Positions 41,134-53,850 of a stretch of 64,000 bases of DNA are shown here, in pieces (position 1 is the stretch's first letter; each line of letters opens with the position of its first letter). Below the pieces are notes generated by a model. The model was not told where the DNA came from. It worked only from the letters and a program-made list of their open reading frames with translations, and did no database searches. Source of the stretch: Octopus sinensis (Eukaryota); the NCBI RefSeq assembly GCF_006345805.1, contig NC_043004.1, positions 32,798,001 to 32,862,000 on the forward strand, read 5' to 3'. The position numbers and the translations under genes were made by a program.

Positions 41134-42510
41134 ACAGGGTGTCCACAGAGTCATTACACAAATCGAAAATTTTAGCAAAATTACAAAGGAAATTGGATAC
41201 CGTTGAAATGTTTACACAATATGAAGTAAACAGTGAAATTGATATAGAAATAGTTGATGAATGTCTGTATGGACCGCATTCGTGCACGAAGTACATCTAA
41301 TCTGAGCGATATTCAATGTCCGTCCATATCCTTCTTAATATACCTTCATCAATAGCTGTAAAGGCGGCGAGTTGGCAGAAACGTTAGCACGCCGGGCGAT
41401 GTGCTTAGCGGTATTTCGTCTGCCGTTACGTTCTGAGTTCAAATTCCGCCGAGGTCGACTATGCCTTTCATCCTTTCGGGGTCGATAAATTTAGTACCAT
41501 TTACACATTGGGGTCAATGTAATCGACTTAATCCGATTGTCTGTCCTTGTTTGTCTCCTCTATGTGGGCAATAAAGAAATAAGTCGTAATGACGGCAGTT
41601 AATTTTTGCTTCAGGTCATCGAAGTCCTTTACTTTAATGTAGTACACAATATCTTTCATACAGCCCCACGAGATAAAGTCTATGAGCGTCATATCTGGAC
41701 AACTATGGGGCCTAGGAATCAGGTCACCTCTTCCTATTCAGCAATCTGGAAACCTTTCATTTAGAAATCTGCGAACGTTTATTCCCTAATGTGATAATGC
41801 TTCGTCTTGTTAAAGGATGATATATGGATGGAAATCCCAAATTCTTGCATTATGCTACTTAAATTTTCCTACAGACATGCAAAGTTACCTCATCCGTAAA
41901 ATAATGCAATCAAGGAAATCATCTTCGAATTTTTGCAATAATTGAATTCTATATGTATAATGCTATTTCTTTACTACCCACAAGGGGATAAACACAGATA
42001 GGACAAACAAGGATAGACATACGGATTAAGTCGATTACATCGACCACAGTGCGTAACTGGTACTTAATTTATCGACCCCGAAAGGATGAAAGGCAAAGTC
42101 GACCTCGGCGGAATTTGAACTCAGAACGTAACGGCAGACGAAATACCGCAACGCCCGGCATGCTAACGTTTCTGCCAGCTCACCGCCTTTATGTATAATG
42201 CCTCAGATTCTTATGCAACACTTTAATCTAGGTAGTTGCAGTAGCGCAGAAGCTCTAAGGAAGGACTGAGATGGACAACGTTGAAATGACTGATGAGTAC
42301 GCTTAATATCTTCTTCAGATGTCCTTGGCCTTCCATTCTTTGGTTTGCGTAGCACCATCCCTGTTTCTATAAATTGCTTACGCCAGTTGCAAATCAACTG
42401 ACGTAGCAGAGCTTCGTGTCCATATTTAGCTTCGTAATTTTTTCGTGTTAGAATATCCAACATTGTTTCGATAAGCCAAGACACACATTGTGTTTTTTCT
42501 CCTGTGGAGT
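41134..42510 (-). mobile_element. Decayed Tc1-like transposon interrupted by two SINE A copies (41362-41582 +, 41964-42188 -)
   Basis: N-terminal HTH region WRKQFIETGMVL...GRPRTSEE; C-terminal PDMTLIDFISWGCMKDIVY; terminus cagggtgtcc at 41134. The second SINE has TSD tatgtataatgc. Confidence 0.75.
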
Positions 42511-43033
42511 AGTAATTGTCAGAAACATAAAAACAACATTCATTGCAGTGTGAAACATAAAAAAATTACATTAATAAAACTATTAATATCATTAAAAATA
42601 CTTTAGCAATAAAGTGTTTTTAATATATATTAATATGCAATAAAAAATTTAGTTGCCACCTCATCTAAGTTTCTCGTAATGACATTTTGAAATTGTCTAA
42701 AGACACTGTGAATAAGTAAGTAAGTATGTATGTATGTATGTATGTATGTATGTATGTATGTATGTATGTATGTATGTATGTATGTCTATCTATATATCTA
42801 TATATAAATGCTTTTGTATTTTCTTTTATATAAACCCCAAACCAAAGGAATCCAAGTGATGAAAAGTAATACAAGTCGATGGTTTATGTTTTACATTCTA
42901 TTTGAATATTTCGGGGTTAGAATCCTTTCTTCATGGAACTCTTTGGAGAAATGGTGTTGTGAGCTCACAAGTTTGTAGGCCCTTCTAAATCCATTGCACA
43001 CACACACACACACACACACACACACCACACACA

Positions 43034-43092
<59 letters not shown>

Positions 43093-43284
43093 TAGTTTGG
43101 TAAGTATCATGCATGAAACTCTCAACCCCTGAGACCCTTTTGTAACATTCTGCCGGTTAAAACTAATAAAACCTAATGTGTTAAAAATCAGAGATGCTTT
43201 ACTCCATTTAGAAACTGCTGGAGCTACTCAGAAGTTTTGCAAGTCCTCCTTATAAATCCATTGCAATGCTAGAAATCCTTCCAT

Positions 43285-43700
43285 ATCGTCAGCAGTTGTC
43301 ACAGGGTAACAAGCGTTTCGACCTTTAACCTGAACACCTCACTTGAGTGGGGCGGTGAGGACTGAGAAAGGTCCCACTTGCAGTCTCTTATCAACGAAAA
43401 CCATCTTGAACTAGTTTCAACTGCTGTGCTTATTTCTTTGATGGCTTTCTTCAGTTGTTTGGTTTCCAGACGAATCTTCTGCAGTAAATAGCGCACTGAT
43501 ACCAATAGAAAGCCGCGGCAGCCGACTTTAGAGGGGAATGAGCCCTGAACAAGGACCTTGTCGACTAAGTCCTGATATTTTGATTTTTTTATCTGGTGGA
43601 AGATATCGCAACTTTCCTCCCAGCGCACTGTGGATTTCACCAGGATGATTGCTTCTGTATTCCTGGCGAGTAGAAACATGTCTTGTCGGACTAATGGTAA
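43285..43700 (-). mobile_element. 3' fragment of an RLE-type non-LTR retrotransposon (HERO/R4-like)
   Basis: RQDMFL...STVRWEE...KKSKYQDL...KVGCRGF resembles the restriction-like endonuclease motif RPD..ELTVPWEE..KY..VEVGCRGF. Confidence 0.7.
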
Positions 43701-44104
43701 CTCTATCCCCTCTGGGAAGACAAGTCTTCTCCTCAGGTCCCCTTGTATCTACCACACACATACACATACCCGATACTATCTGGTGCCAATAAAATACCGT
43801 TACTACAATTTCTCTACCCATCGCCCTGCCATGGCACATACTGATAAAACTTTCTGTGATTCTTCAAACTCTTGTGAGCTCTAGTGTTCCTCAGGGCGTT
43901 CGGTTTTGTTCCCACCCCCCAGTCTTTTGATATATTAGCTATTTACATGCAGTAACGTACAACAACACCTGTTTCTATGCAAATGAAGTCACCCTTCATT
44001 CTTCCCTGCCAAAACGTTGCCAATCTTTGGCCGAAACATATTTAAGTTACCTAAGTTATATATATATATATATATATGTATGTATATATATATATATATA
44101 TATA

Positions 44105-44660
44105 TTTATAAGTAAGAGTAAAAGAAAGAATTTCTAATGCCAAAATAAGCCGAAAATAGACACAACGTCAATAACCATGTAGATGTTAATTTAATAGTAT
44201 TCACTTCCGGACTCTCTCACTTTACGAGAGTTTTTAGTTCGAATCGCACGTGTCTCGGGATGAGCTAGAGAGTTTCAATTTTGGATATATTTGGGGTACT
44301 TAATTGTGCTCATGACTTAGTGCTCGCTTCTTCCGTGGGTATAAGTAAGTATTTCACTTATTTCTTGGCCGCATTTATCACTGATGAAGGGAAGGTTCTT
44401 ATGAACAAACTCTGAAATCGGGTCCGATATGGTAATAACGTAATTTTTTAGAAATTTCAGTCGGCTTTCTTCGAAACGCGTGCTTGTTGTGATAAATTAT
44501 ATGCTTATTGACGTTGTATCTATTTTCGGCATATTTTGGCATTAGAAATATTTTCTTTTGCTCTTACTTATAAATTGTTTATAAATTTAACCTTTAAAGG
44601 TATTTTTTAATATGCTGATAGAATTTTTTTTTGAAAAATTTTATCCTACATTCGATGTTA
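44105..44660 (+). mobile_element. (TA)n-inserted hammerhead element with inverted 5' segment
   Basis: 44107-44179 is reverse-complementary to 44500-44572; hammerhead at 44375-44435. Confidence 0.75.
44375..44435 (+). ncRNA. Type I hammerhead ribozyme
   Basis: UUAUCA CUGAUGA AGGG..GUUC-UUAU-GAAC..CUCU GAAA UCGG-GU-CCGA UA/UGGUAA. Canonical core. Predicted cut after 44429. Confidence 0.8.
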
Positions 44661-45176
44661 TATATATATATATATATCAGGGGTAGGGCAGAAAGAACAC
44701 AACAAGCAACATACGGAAAATAGACGCTGACATAACAAACGGGAAACTGGACAAAAACAAGATACACGGACCATTCGCAGCTGATTTCCTCGTCAGTCAG
44801 TGTCCGGAAAGTCCCCGCTTTTTACCCATGAGACCGCTTGAATCTGACAAGCGCCAGAGCATTAAGCTTCTGTGAAAAGCAAACGAATGTATACAAAAAC
44901 GAAAACAAGAACAAGAAAGCTAGAATTATACACATACAACCTGTCGTCTATACAATATATATATATGTGTGTCATGGTTTAAGGAGAAAAGATTGTCATT
45001 ATCCAATGAAAGAATGTTTAACGTTTCTGACGTCTCTGGATTTAGTACAGAATTAGCGTGAGATAACTAAACTGAACGTGGATGGCACTTAAATGCAGAA
45101 TGGTAAAGAAGAATGAAGGGTGACTTCATCTGCGTAGAAGCAGGCACTGTTGTGCTTGACTGTATGTGTCTGCCTC

Positions 45177-45369
45177 AGATAAGCCTCTTATACCTGCATA
45201 TATCTCAGTCAACAACTCCCTACTTGGATGAGCCATGATACCCCGGAATTTGGTAGCTCCACCAGATAGGCTATATTAAGTCCATTTTAAAGCCCCGTTT
45301 TGTGGTATCATGGCCCATTTAAGAAGGAAGTTGTTGACTGAGATGTATCCAGGTATAGGCGGCTCATCT
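45177..45369. repeat. Imperfect inverted repeat (~65-bp arms), MITE-like
   Basis: tatacctg..atctcagtcaacaact..gccatgatacc is mirrored at 45304-45369. Confidence 0.7.
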
Positions 45370-45441
45370 GGTACCTCTTTGTTTTGTTTGAAGGCGATGG
45401 GAACTTTTTCATCTTAGATGTGTTTTGGGATAATTTTAAAT

Positions 45442-45612
45442 AGGCATAGGAGTGGCTGTGAGGTAAGTAGCTTGCTTACGAGCCACATATTCCGGGTTCA
45501 GTCCCACTGCGTGGCACCTTGGGCAAGTATCTTCTAGTATAGCCTCGGGCCGACCAAAGCCTTGTGAGTGGATTTGGTAGACGGAAATTGAAAGAAGCCC
45601 GTCGTATATATG

Positions 45613-45643
<31 letters not shown>

Positions 45644-45850
45644 ATGTTTGTGTATCTGTGTTTGTCCCCCCAACATCGCTTGACAACCGATGCTGGTGTG
45701 TTTATGTCCCCGTAACTTAGCGGTTCGGCAAAATAGACCAATAGAATAAGTACTATGCTTGCAAAAAATAAGTCCTGGGATCGATTTGCTCGACTAAAGG
45801 CGGTGCTCCAGCATGGCCACAGTCACATGACTGAAACAAGTAAAAGAATA
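45442..45850 (+). mobile_element. SINE family B
   Basis: Full consensus match. Confidence 0.85.
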
Positions 45851-46467
45851 AAGAGAGTAAAGAGTAATGAAAATGATGATAAAAAGGAGTAAAAAAAAGA
45901 TAATAATTAAATAAATAAATAAAATAATAGTATAGTCACATCCCCTCACAAAGGTATACCCGTTCTATTCTAAAAAGTTCAAAACTTTCCCAAAACACAC
46001 CATTACAGCTGTGGTCGCGTGGCAGAGGCCCTGCATCAATCAGATTACGTCACTAGCGCCATCTAGTAGGCTGGTTGGACGGGACACTAGCAATGATAAA
46101 TTTCTTTGTCAACCACCCAGCTCCTCCATATTTTGGGATGACTGTACGAAATTTCAGACATGCAAAGAGATAATGTTTGAATCAATTTATTTCTAATTGG
46201 TATCCTTTGAATATAATAAATAAACAGCATTTATTAAACTAGCTTTTGATGTGAATAAATAAACAATATTTATTAAACTATAAATTGTGTTGATAAATAT
46301 TTTTCCTGTCTATCAGTTTTGTAGCTTCCAATTAAATGTATCTTATTTATATTAGGATCGATTGAACAAAAGTTTCTAAACTTTTCATCTGATTCTGGTT
46401 GTTTCGAAAAGCAGCAATCACCTTCATCAGGTTCTATTAAGGATCCTAACAGTAAATAGGTACCGGG

Positions 46468-46606
<139 letters not shown>

Positions 46607-46885
46607 CAACAATTGAGGGTAAAATTAATTAATTAATCAATTTCACCAAGTGTTCAGTATGCAAAGGGACCATTTAAGGCGAATTCAAATTATTACATTA
46701 TATAAAAGGCTTAGTAAAATAAATTACTTTGCCGCATACTGAACTCATTAGAAATAGCAGCTAAAAAAAACTTTTTTAAAACTATTTCTAATACTTAAAG
46801 AAAACCTCTCTCATATAGTGTTTGCTCAATTCAACTCACGCAATATGGGGGTAGAGACATTAAAAAATCAAATGCAAAGGTTATT

Positions 46886-46937
46886 TGAGAACGTACGTTT
46901 CAAGATTAGTCAACACGACACTTCTATCATCAGCTCA
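46886..46937 (-). ncRNA. Type I hammerhead ribozyme (unit 1)
   Basis: Minus strand: UGAG CUGAUGA U AGA..GUC-GUGUU-GAC..UCU U GAAA CGUACG UU/CUCA. Stem III is the palindrome ACGUACGU. Confidence 0.75.
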
Positions 46938-47443
46938 GAACTCCCTGGTTTGGATTTGAAAACACTGAAAGTAGGAGCATACCCTTTCGGCCTCCTCTCG
47001 CTTCCGAAGATCTGCTCGCAACTAACAGTGCCAACAAACTCAAAAATGCAAGCGAAGAATTTCTGCTCTCCCCTTTCCACCAGCGTGGGTTAAAATCAGC
47101 AAACACTATGCTTTTTTCGGTAAAATCCGCGGCATTATATAGAGAGAGATGAATTATAATTTCAACAATTGAGGGTAAAATTAATTAATTAATCAATTTC
47201 ACCAAGTGTTCAGTATGCAAAGGGACCATTTAAGGCGAATTCAAATTATTACATTATATAAAAGGGCTTAGTAAAATAAATTACTTTGCCGCATACTGAA
47301 CTCATTAGAAATAGCAGCTAAAAAAAACTTTTTTAAAACTATTTCTAATACTTAAAGAAAACCTCTCTCATATAGTGTTTGCTCAATTCAACTCACGCAA
47401 ATATGGGGGTAGAGACATTAAAAAATCAAGTGCAAAGGTTATT

Positions 47444-47495
47444 TGAGAACGTACGTTTCAAGATTAGTCAACACGACACTTCTATCATCAGCTCA
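47444..47495 (-). ncRNA. Type I hammerhead ribozyme (unit 2)
   Basis: Identical to 46886-46937, 558 nt away. Confidence 0.75.
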
Positions 47496-47815
47496 GAACT
47501 CCCTGGTTTGGATTTGAAAACACTGAAAGTAGGAGCATACCCTTTCGGCCTCCTCTCGCTTCCGAAGATCTGCTCGCAACTAACAGTGCCAACAAACTCA
47601 AAAATGCAAGCGAAGAATTTCTGCTCTCCCCTTTCCACCAGCGTGGGTTAAAATCAGCAAACACTATGCTTTTTTCGGTAAAATCCGCGGCATTATATAG
47701 AGAGAGATGAATTAAGTATTAGAAATAGTTTTAAAAAAGTTTTTTTTAGCTGCTATTTCTAATGAGTTCAGTATGCGGCAAAGTAATTTATTTTACTAAG
47801 CCCTTTTATATAATG

Positions 47816-47863
<48 letters not shown>

Positions 47864-47966
47864 TTTGTTATAGGCATATATAAAATAAAATCTTATATAA
47901 AACACTACTAACAATTAGGAAAATGGAGAAGAGAAGATTTTAAAAGTTCAAATTGGAATTTAATTT

Positions 47967-48070
47967 CTACATACGACCATTTCGAATGGTAATACCAACA
48001 TGTAAGAAAAAACATCAATTGTAACAATAATAATTAAAATAGTAATGTATTACCATTCTCTTCAGTGCAA
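47967..48070 (-). ncRNA. Type I hammerhead ribozyme with long stem II
   Basis: Minus strand: UUGCA CUGAAGA GAAUGGUAAUAC-(51 nt)-GUAUUACCAUUC GAAA UGGUCG UA/UGUAG. Perfect 12-bp stem II sits exactly between the core halves. Confidence 0.75.
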
Positions 48071-48715
48071 AAAACTAAAAGAAAACATCAAAAAGGTATG
48101 TATTTGTGTGTCTGTGTTTGTCCTCCCCACCATCACTTGACAACCGATGTTGGTGTATTTACGTCCCTCGTAACTTAGCAGTTCGGCTAGAGTGACGGAT
48201 AGAATAAGAACTAGGTTTACAAAGAATAAGTCCTGGGGTCGATTTGTTCGACTAAAGGTAGTGCTCCAGCATGGCCGCAGTCAAATGACTGAAACAAGTA
48301 AAAGAATAAGAGAATAAAGAAAAGTCCTTCAGATATTTAATTATAAGGAATATGGTAGAATTTTTTATATACAGCGAATAAATATGACAGTCTAGCAGAG
48401 TAAAATAGGAATGGAAGGGTTCCATAGGTCAAAAATAGTTGTGAGCCACTGATACAAATCATCTTCAACATAATCCTTAATGTAGTGAACCTAGCAACAT
48501 TTTCCTGTTTCGGTTTAGAACAAAATATATTAACTAACTGGTACTCCGTCGGTTACGACGACGAAGGTTCCACTTGCTTGAATCAACGGAGCATTTTGCT
48601 CATGAAATTAAAGTGAAAGTGGCTGAGCACTCCACAGTCACGTGTACTCTTAACTTAGTTCTCATAGAGATTCAGTGTGACACAGAATGTAACAAGGCTG
48701 ACCAAGCTACAAGTA

Positions 48716-49238
48716 TTGGTTTGTCCGGAAAGTTCGTGCCGATTTATAGCAGCTTACCATTCGACTTATTTTAGAACATGGTTGAGTCCATAAAATAGGA
48801 TTTGACAACACCTTCATTTAGAGCACTGTTTAAGCTATCTTTTCGTGGAAGAAGGTTTATGTTTCAATAACCTGTGTTAATTCTATAACCCTTTAAAATG
48901 GAAGATAAGAAAACTCATTTTTGGCACTTGATGCTTTAGGAACCCTCCATATTCACCAGATGTTGCTCCTCCGGATTTCCACTTATTCAGGTCTCTGCAG
49001 AATAGTCTCAATGGCAAAAATTTCAATTCCTTGGATGACGGAAAAAGATACCTTGATGAATTCTTTGCCATGAAACCTCTTCAATTCTGGGAAGAGCGTA
49101 TTTTCAAGTTAAAGGAAAGATGGAGACGCATTGTGCAGCAAAATGGTTCATATTTGGTTGATTAAAAATGTAATGGCAAGTATTTATTGACCTTTTTCTT
49201 GCCTTTAAAAATCGGTTCGAACTTTCCAGACAACCCAA
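48716..49238 (+). mobile_element. Internally deleted mariner inserted in a SINE C
   Basis: TA TSD and ~30-bp TIRs (ttggtttgtccggaaagttcg / cgaactttccagacaacccaa). It retains the start MEDKKTHFWHLML and the C-terminus PPYSPDVAPPDFHLFRSLQNSL...WRRIVQQNGSYLVD*. Confidence 0.9.
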
Positions 49239-49402
49239 TACAACTCATTTTTGCCTGCTAAATGGACCGGAACAATGTGGAATAGAGCGTCTTGCTCAAG
49301 AGCAAGACACACCACGTGAAATCGAACTCACGACCTCACGATTGCGAGCCAAATATCTGAACTACTAAGCATCGCTCCTTCACTTGCAAAATATATTAGT
49401 AT

Positions 49403-49818
49403 CTATTTCTTTACTACCAACAAGGGGCTAAACACAGAGAGGACAAACAAGGACAGACAAACGGATTAAGTCGATTATATCGACCCCAGTGCATATCTGG
49501 TACTTATTTAATCGACCCCGAAAGGATGAAAGGCAAAGTCGACCTCGGCGGAATTTGAACTCAGAACGCTGCGGCAGACGAAATACCTATTTCTTTACTA
49601 CCCACAAGGGGCTAAACACAGAGGACAAACAAGGATAGACAAACGGATTAAGTCGATTATATCGACCCCAGTGCGTAACTAGTCCTTAATTTATCGACCC
49701 CGAAAGGATGAAAGGCAAAGTCGACCTCGGCGGAATTTGAACTCAGAACGTAACGGCAGACGAAATACGGCTACGCATTTTCGCCCGGCGTGCTAACGTT
49801 TCTGCCAGCTCGCCGCCT
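49403..49818 (-). mobile_element. SINE family A dimer (184-nt period) with TSD
   Basis: Same internal junction as the 31.4 kb copy; flanked by ttgcaaaata(t/c)attagtatc. Confidence 0.85.
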
Positions 49819-50092
49819 TTTGCAAAATACATTAGTATCACCAGTATGCCAATGATAAAAATGTCCCAAACAACAAGATCCTGATTGCACATTTAAATAG
49901 CAAACATACCATCTTCACTATTAATATAATTTTAGTGACAACCGTGAAATAGGTTTTAGTGTTGTTACTGGAGTGGAACGTATGAAATCCACGCAGGACA
50001 AACTATAACATTGGCATCCTTCTAAAAATGAACGACATTCTTGTGCATGAGTGGTCAGAGAGAATAGTCTCGTACTAGAATTGGTTCTACTT

Positions 50093-50709
50093 CAGTGGTT
50101 CGCAACCATTTTTTACCTACGAACCGCCTTGATTTCTGTTTTATTCGGATGGACTCTCTGAGCCATTCGATGTTTGAAAAAAAGTCCCATTGTATTTTTA
50201 AAGTTAAAAGTCATGAGAAATTATATAAAAAGTATTCTTTTCTACTCTAGGCACAAGGCCCGAAATTTTTGAGGAGAGGGCCAGTCGATTAGATCGACCC
50301 CAGTAGGCAATTAGTACTTAATTTATCGACCCCGAAAGGATGAAAAGCAAAGTCGACCTCGACGGAATTTGAACATAAAGACAGAGGGGACAAACAAGGA
50401 CAGACAAACGGATTAAGTCGATTACATTGGCCCCAGTGCGTAACTGGTACTTCTTTAATTGATCCCGAAAGGATGAAAGCCAAAGTCGACCTCGGCGGAA
50501 TTCGAACTCAGAACGTAACGGCAGACGAAATACGGCTACGCATTTCACCCGGCATGCTAACGTTTCTGCCATCTCGCCGCCTTTGTATACAAAATATTAA
50601 AATATTTTGTGCATTGTAGAAATATAACCAATCTATTGCACGTGAATTTTAACGACAAAATCTTATGTGGACCCCCAAGAGTCATGTGGATCCTGATTTG
50701 GAAGCATTG
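50093..50709. mobile_element. hAT-type MITE with nested SINE A
   Basis: Ends cagtggttcgcaacc...ttggaagcattg; TSD (t/a)tctactt; SINE at 50235-50582. Confidence 0.65.
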
Positions 50710-50954
50710 ATCTACTTGAAAATATAGGGTAAACAAGTCAACTGTGTCAATAACTGAGAACGTCAATAAAGAGAACTGTTGAAGCATGGCTTCCAGTGGT
50801 TGGTGATAAAATCTCTCACGCCCAGCCGCCCACTCCGTGTAGGTTAACTAAATATTGATCTATCTATCTGATATTTGACGTGCGTAAGTTATTAATAATT
50901 ATGTCAACAGGTGAAAATGTTTTCTCAAATTTCAAAACTTAAAAAAATGGCACA

Positions 50955-50995
<41 letters not shown>

Positions 50996-51168
50996 ACACA
51001 CACGCGCGTGCGTGCATGCACCGTACGTACACACATACATGGTAATTGCTCCCTTTTCACAGATGATTGCCGCCTCCTTCTTCGCTGTTCTCAGTGGAAT
51101 TTCTGGCTTTCCATCCTGGACCTCTCGGACGGCTATTCAGTTTTGTTGCAGGTCTCCATGGTCTGAAG

Positions 51169-51365
51169 CAGTGCTTTTCAAACTTTTTGCTGGAGCGGAA
51201 CCCCAAGGAAACATTCCACTGGCTCGAGGAACTCCTGTGCAATAATTTAATTGTCTTATGCACACATATCTGCACAGGAGAATTGAAAATTACTGCCGAT
51301 TTTAGCAGTTTTATAACTTCTTGCGGAACCCCAAGGTTCCGCGGAACCCTGGTTGAAAACCACTG
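51169..51365. mobile_element. hAT MITE with perfect 8-bp TSD
   Basis: GTCTGAAG at 51161-51168 and 51366-51373; TIRs cagtg(c/g)ttttcaa. Confidence 0.9.
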
Positions 51366-51911
51366 GTCTGAAGTATAGGTGACTGTCGAAAGCAGCAGCT
51401 TGCTGTGCGTTTCCAACTAGCTGAGTGTGCACACATCGTCACTCGTCTCTCCTCATAGGACTTTCTGTAGAGGGAATGTCAAATGAAGTCAGCATAAAGA
51501 CATGTCCGTGCGTCACTGGATTATCGTAATAAACACTTGTATAACTCGAGTACCACTCTGAATCTCCGTATTTAGTATCTGGTGACATAGTAAAGCAAGA
51601 TGACCGGTAATCAGCGGAAGCCGCAGATTTTACATGAGAGTGCCCTCCTCTTGAAGGATTTTGTGGCAACAACCAGGGGTCCTTCACGCTCAGTGGTTTC
51701 ATTGCACATCCTGACACCAGCTTTCGGTATTTCTGCGTCCCCTCTCTCAGATGGAATATCACCACATATGCTCTATATATTACTTTAAACTGCGTCCGGT
51801 AGGGGAGCTTTGGTGCGGGAGATCCAAGGTTTTCAAGAGTATGAAACCATTTCTTAGGTACTTTTCTGACCCAGAGTAATAACGCCTGTCAGGGAACCAG
51901 CTAAGAGCTAG

Positions 51912-51942
<31 letters not shown>

Positions 51943-52082
51943 GTGTGTGTGCACATACACAGAATCATATTCTTCTCTCTGTTATCTGTGATTTTAGAAT
52001 ATGAACTTTCTGGATATCTACCTATCACTGAAGAACTGCTATGAAATTTTGCTTTCTTGATTTTCCTATTTTTTCTACTTAA

Positions 52083-52471
52083 TCTCTCTATATATAAAGC
52101 TGAAGTTGTCTATGTATGGCAGGTTTGGTAGCCTTCAACTAACACTATCTCCTCCGAGACCCTGCGGCGCATGTTGACCAAAATTGAGAGCATGATAGAA
52201 GGCTTGCTTTTCCTTCCGTAGAAGAAAAAATTCAAATCGGATCATGTTAACACCAAAAAGTTACATCAAAAGTGTGGATTTTTTCCTATGAAATCCCCAT
52301 TTTTTACGATTTTTCGACTGCCGTGTCGTCATTTTTCGATGTATTTCAACCAGAAAAATGTTCACTTAAAGAGAATAACAAGCTGCATAATGCAAAATTT
52401 TTACTTTTCTTCAAAAATTCCAATTCTAAATGGTCGAAACAAACCCGCGCAACGCCGGGCGATACTGCTAG
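52083..52471 (+). mobile_element. Non-autonomous Helitron
   Basis: A|TC 5' end; 3' hairpin CCCG-cgcaacgc-CGGG then CTAG|T. Confidence 0.85.
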
Positions 52472-52995
52472 TTATATCATAAACTCACTTCTGTGCAACT
52501 TAGTTACTCATACCTTGATGCCTTTAGCAGTCACCTGTCTGTTTTTCATATTTTCATTAACTCGACCGCTCCATATTTTATAACTAATCCTTATTTGTCT
52601 GGATTCCGGCCCCCATCGCTTCCTTTTAGGTATTTCATCCGGTTTGAGCCCTAATACACTTTCTGACATCTTCTTGCTTATGATATTTATGGCTGTGTGG
52701 TAAGAAGCTTGTTTCCCAACCACTGGGTTCCAGGTTCTGTCCCACTGCATGGCATCTTGGGCAAGTGTCTTGTGCTATAGCCTCGGGCCAAGCAAAGCTT
52801 CGTGAGTGGATTTGGTGAAAAAACCCTGTAGTGTGTATACATGCATACATATATACAGATTATAAACACACACACACACACATATATATATATATGGGTA
52901 AGAAATGAATGAGGGCTTGCGCTACATATATAACATTATCAGGATTAAATAAAAAGACACAAACGGAAAATATGATATGCCTGTGTATGTGTGTG

Positions 52996-53040
<45 letters not shown>

Positions 53041-53344
53041 TGTGTGTGTATAAAAAAGTTGAATTAGATTCGTCCTTTAATTTGGAGGTTTCCAAAAAAA
53101 GATTTCTAATATAGGTTCTTCATATTTCGGTGGTAGCTTACTGGCGTAAAATTGCGAATACAAAAATAATACTTGTATATTGTGTGTTGTAAATTTATGG
53201 AAAGAAATCCAATAAAACTCAACAATTTTGATAAAAATGGAGAAGAGAATGTGTTAAAATATATGAGAGAATTTTATATCATGCAGACGATCGTTTCGTA
53301 CAGAGATATAAAAATAATGCAAATTCAAACACACACAAATATAT

Positions 53345-53684
53345 AATAATAATAATAAGGAGTATAACTCTAAACTTACAGGGAAAAATTCAGTTAAGTA
53401 TTAAATCAAATTTCACAATATAAAATATATAAAATATAAATTAGAGATAAAACCACTATTATACAACTCAAACAGTGATAGACATAAGATATATTTTTAT
53501 AAAACATATAACTAGATCTCAAAAAGTATAAAAATGAATAATCAATATATAATAAGTAATAAGTATAATACTTATATTTTGATGATTCATTTTTATACTT
53601 TTTGTGATCTAGTTATATGTTTTATAAAAATATATATTGTTATTTATGTTTTGGTTTATGTCTATCGCTGTTTGAGTTGCATAA
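53345..53684. mobile_element. AT-rich (TA)n-associated element with internal inversion; relative at 55140-55350
   Basis: 53459-53545 is mirrored at 53578-53684. Both copies share aaacttacagggaaaaatt and aaattagagataaaaccacta (inverted in the second). Confidence 0.65.
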
Positions 53685-53725
53685 TATATATATACCTTAT
53701 TTCAATAATGATATATGTCTCTCTT

Positions 53726-53809
<84 letters not shown>

Positions 53810-53850
53810 ATAATATATATATTATATATATATATATATATATAATATTT

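Noticed and set aside
43285-43350. GAAAC...CUGACGA in the LINE 3' UTR
   Set aside because: I could not assemble the three hammerhead stems. It may be a different 3' UTR structure.
46818-47651. Duplicated ~90-aa ORFs
   Set aside because: They start at non-ATG codons, show no recognisable motif and lie antisense to the hammerhead. The duplication simply reflects the tandem unit.
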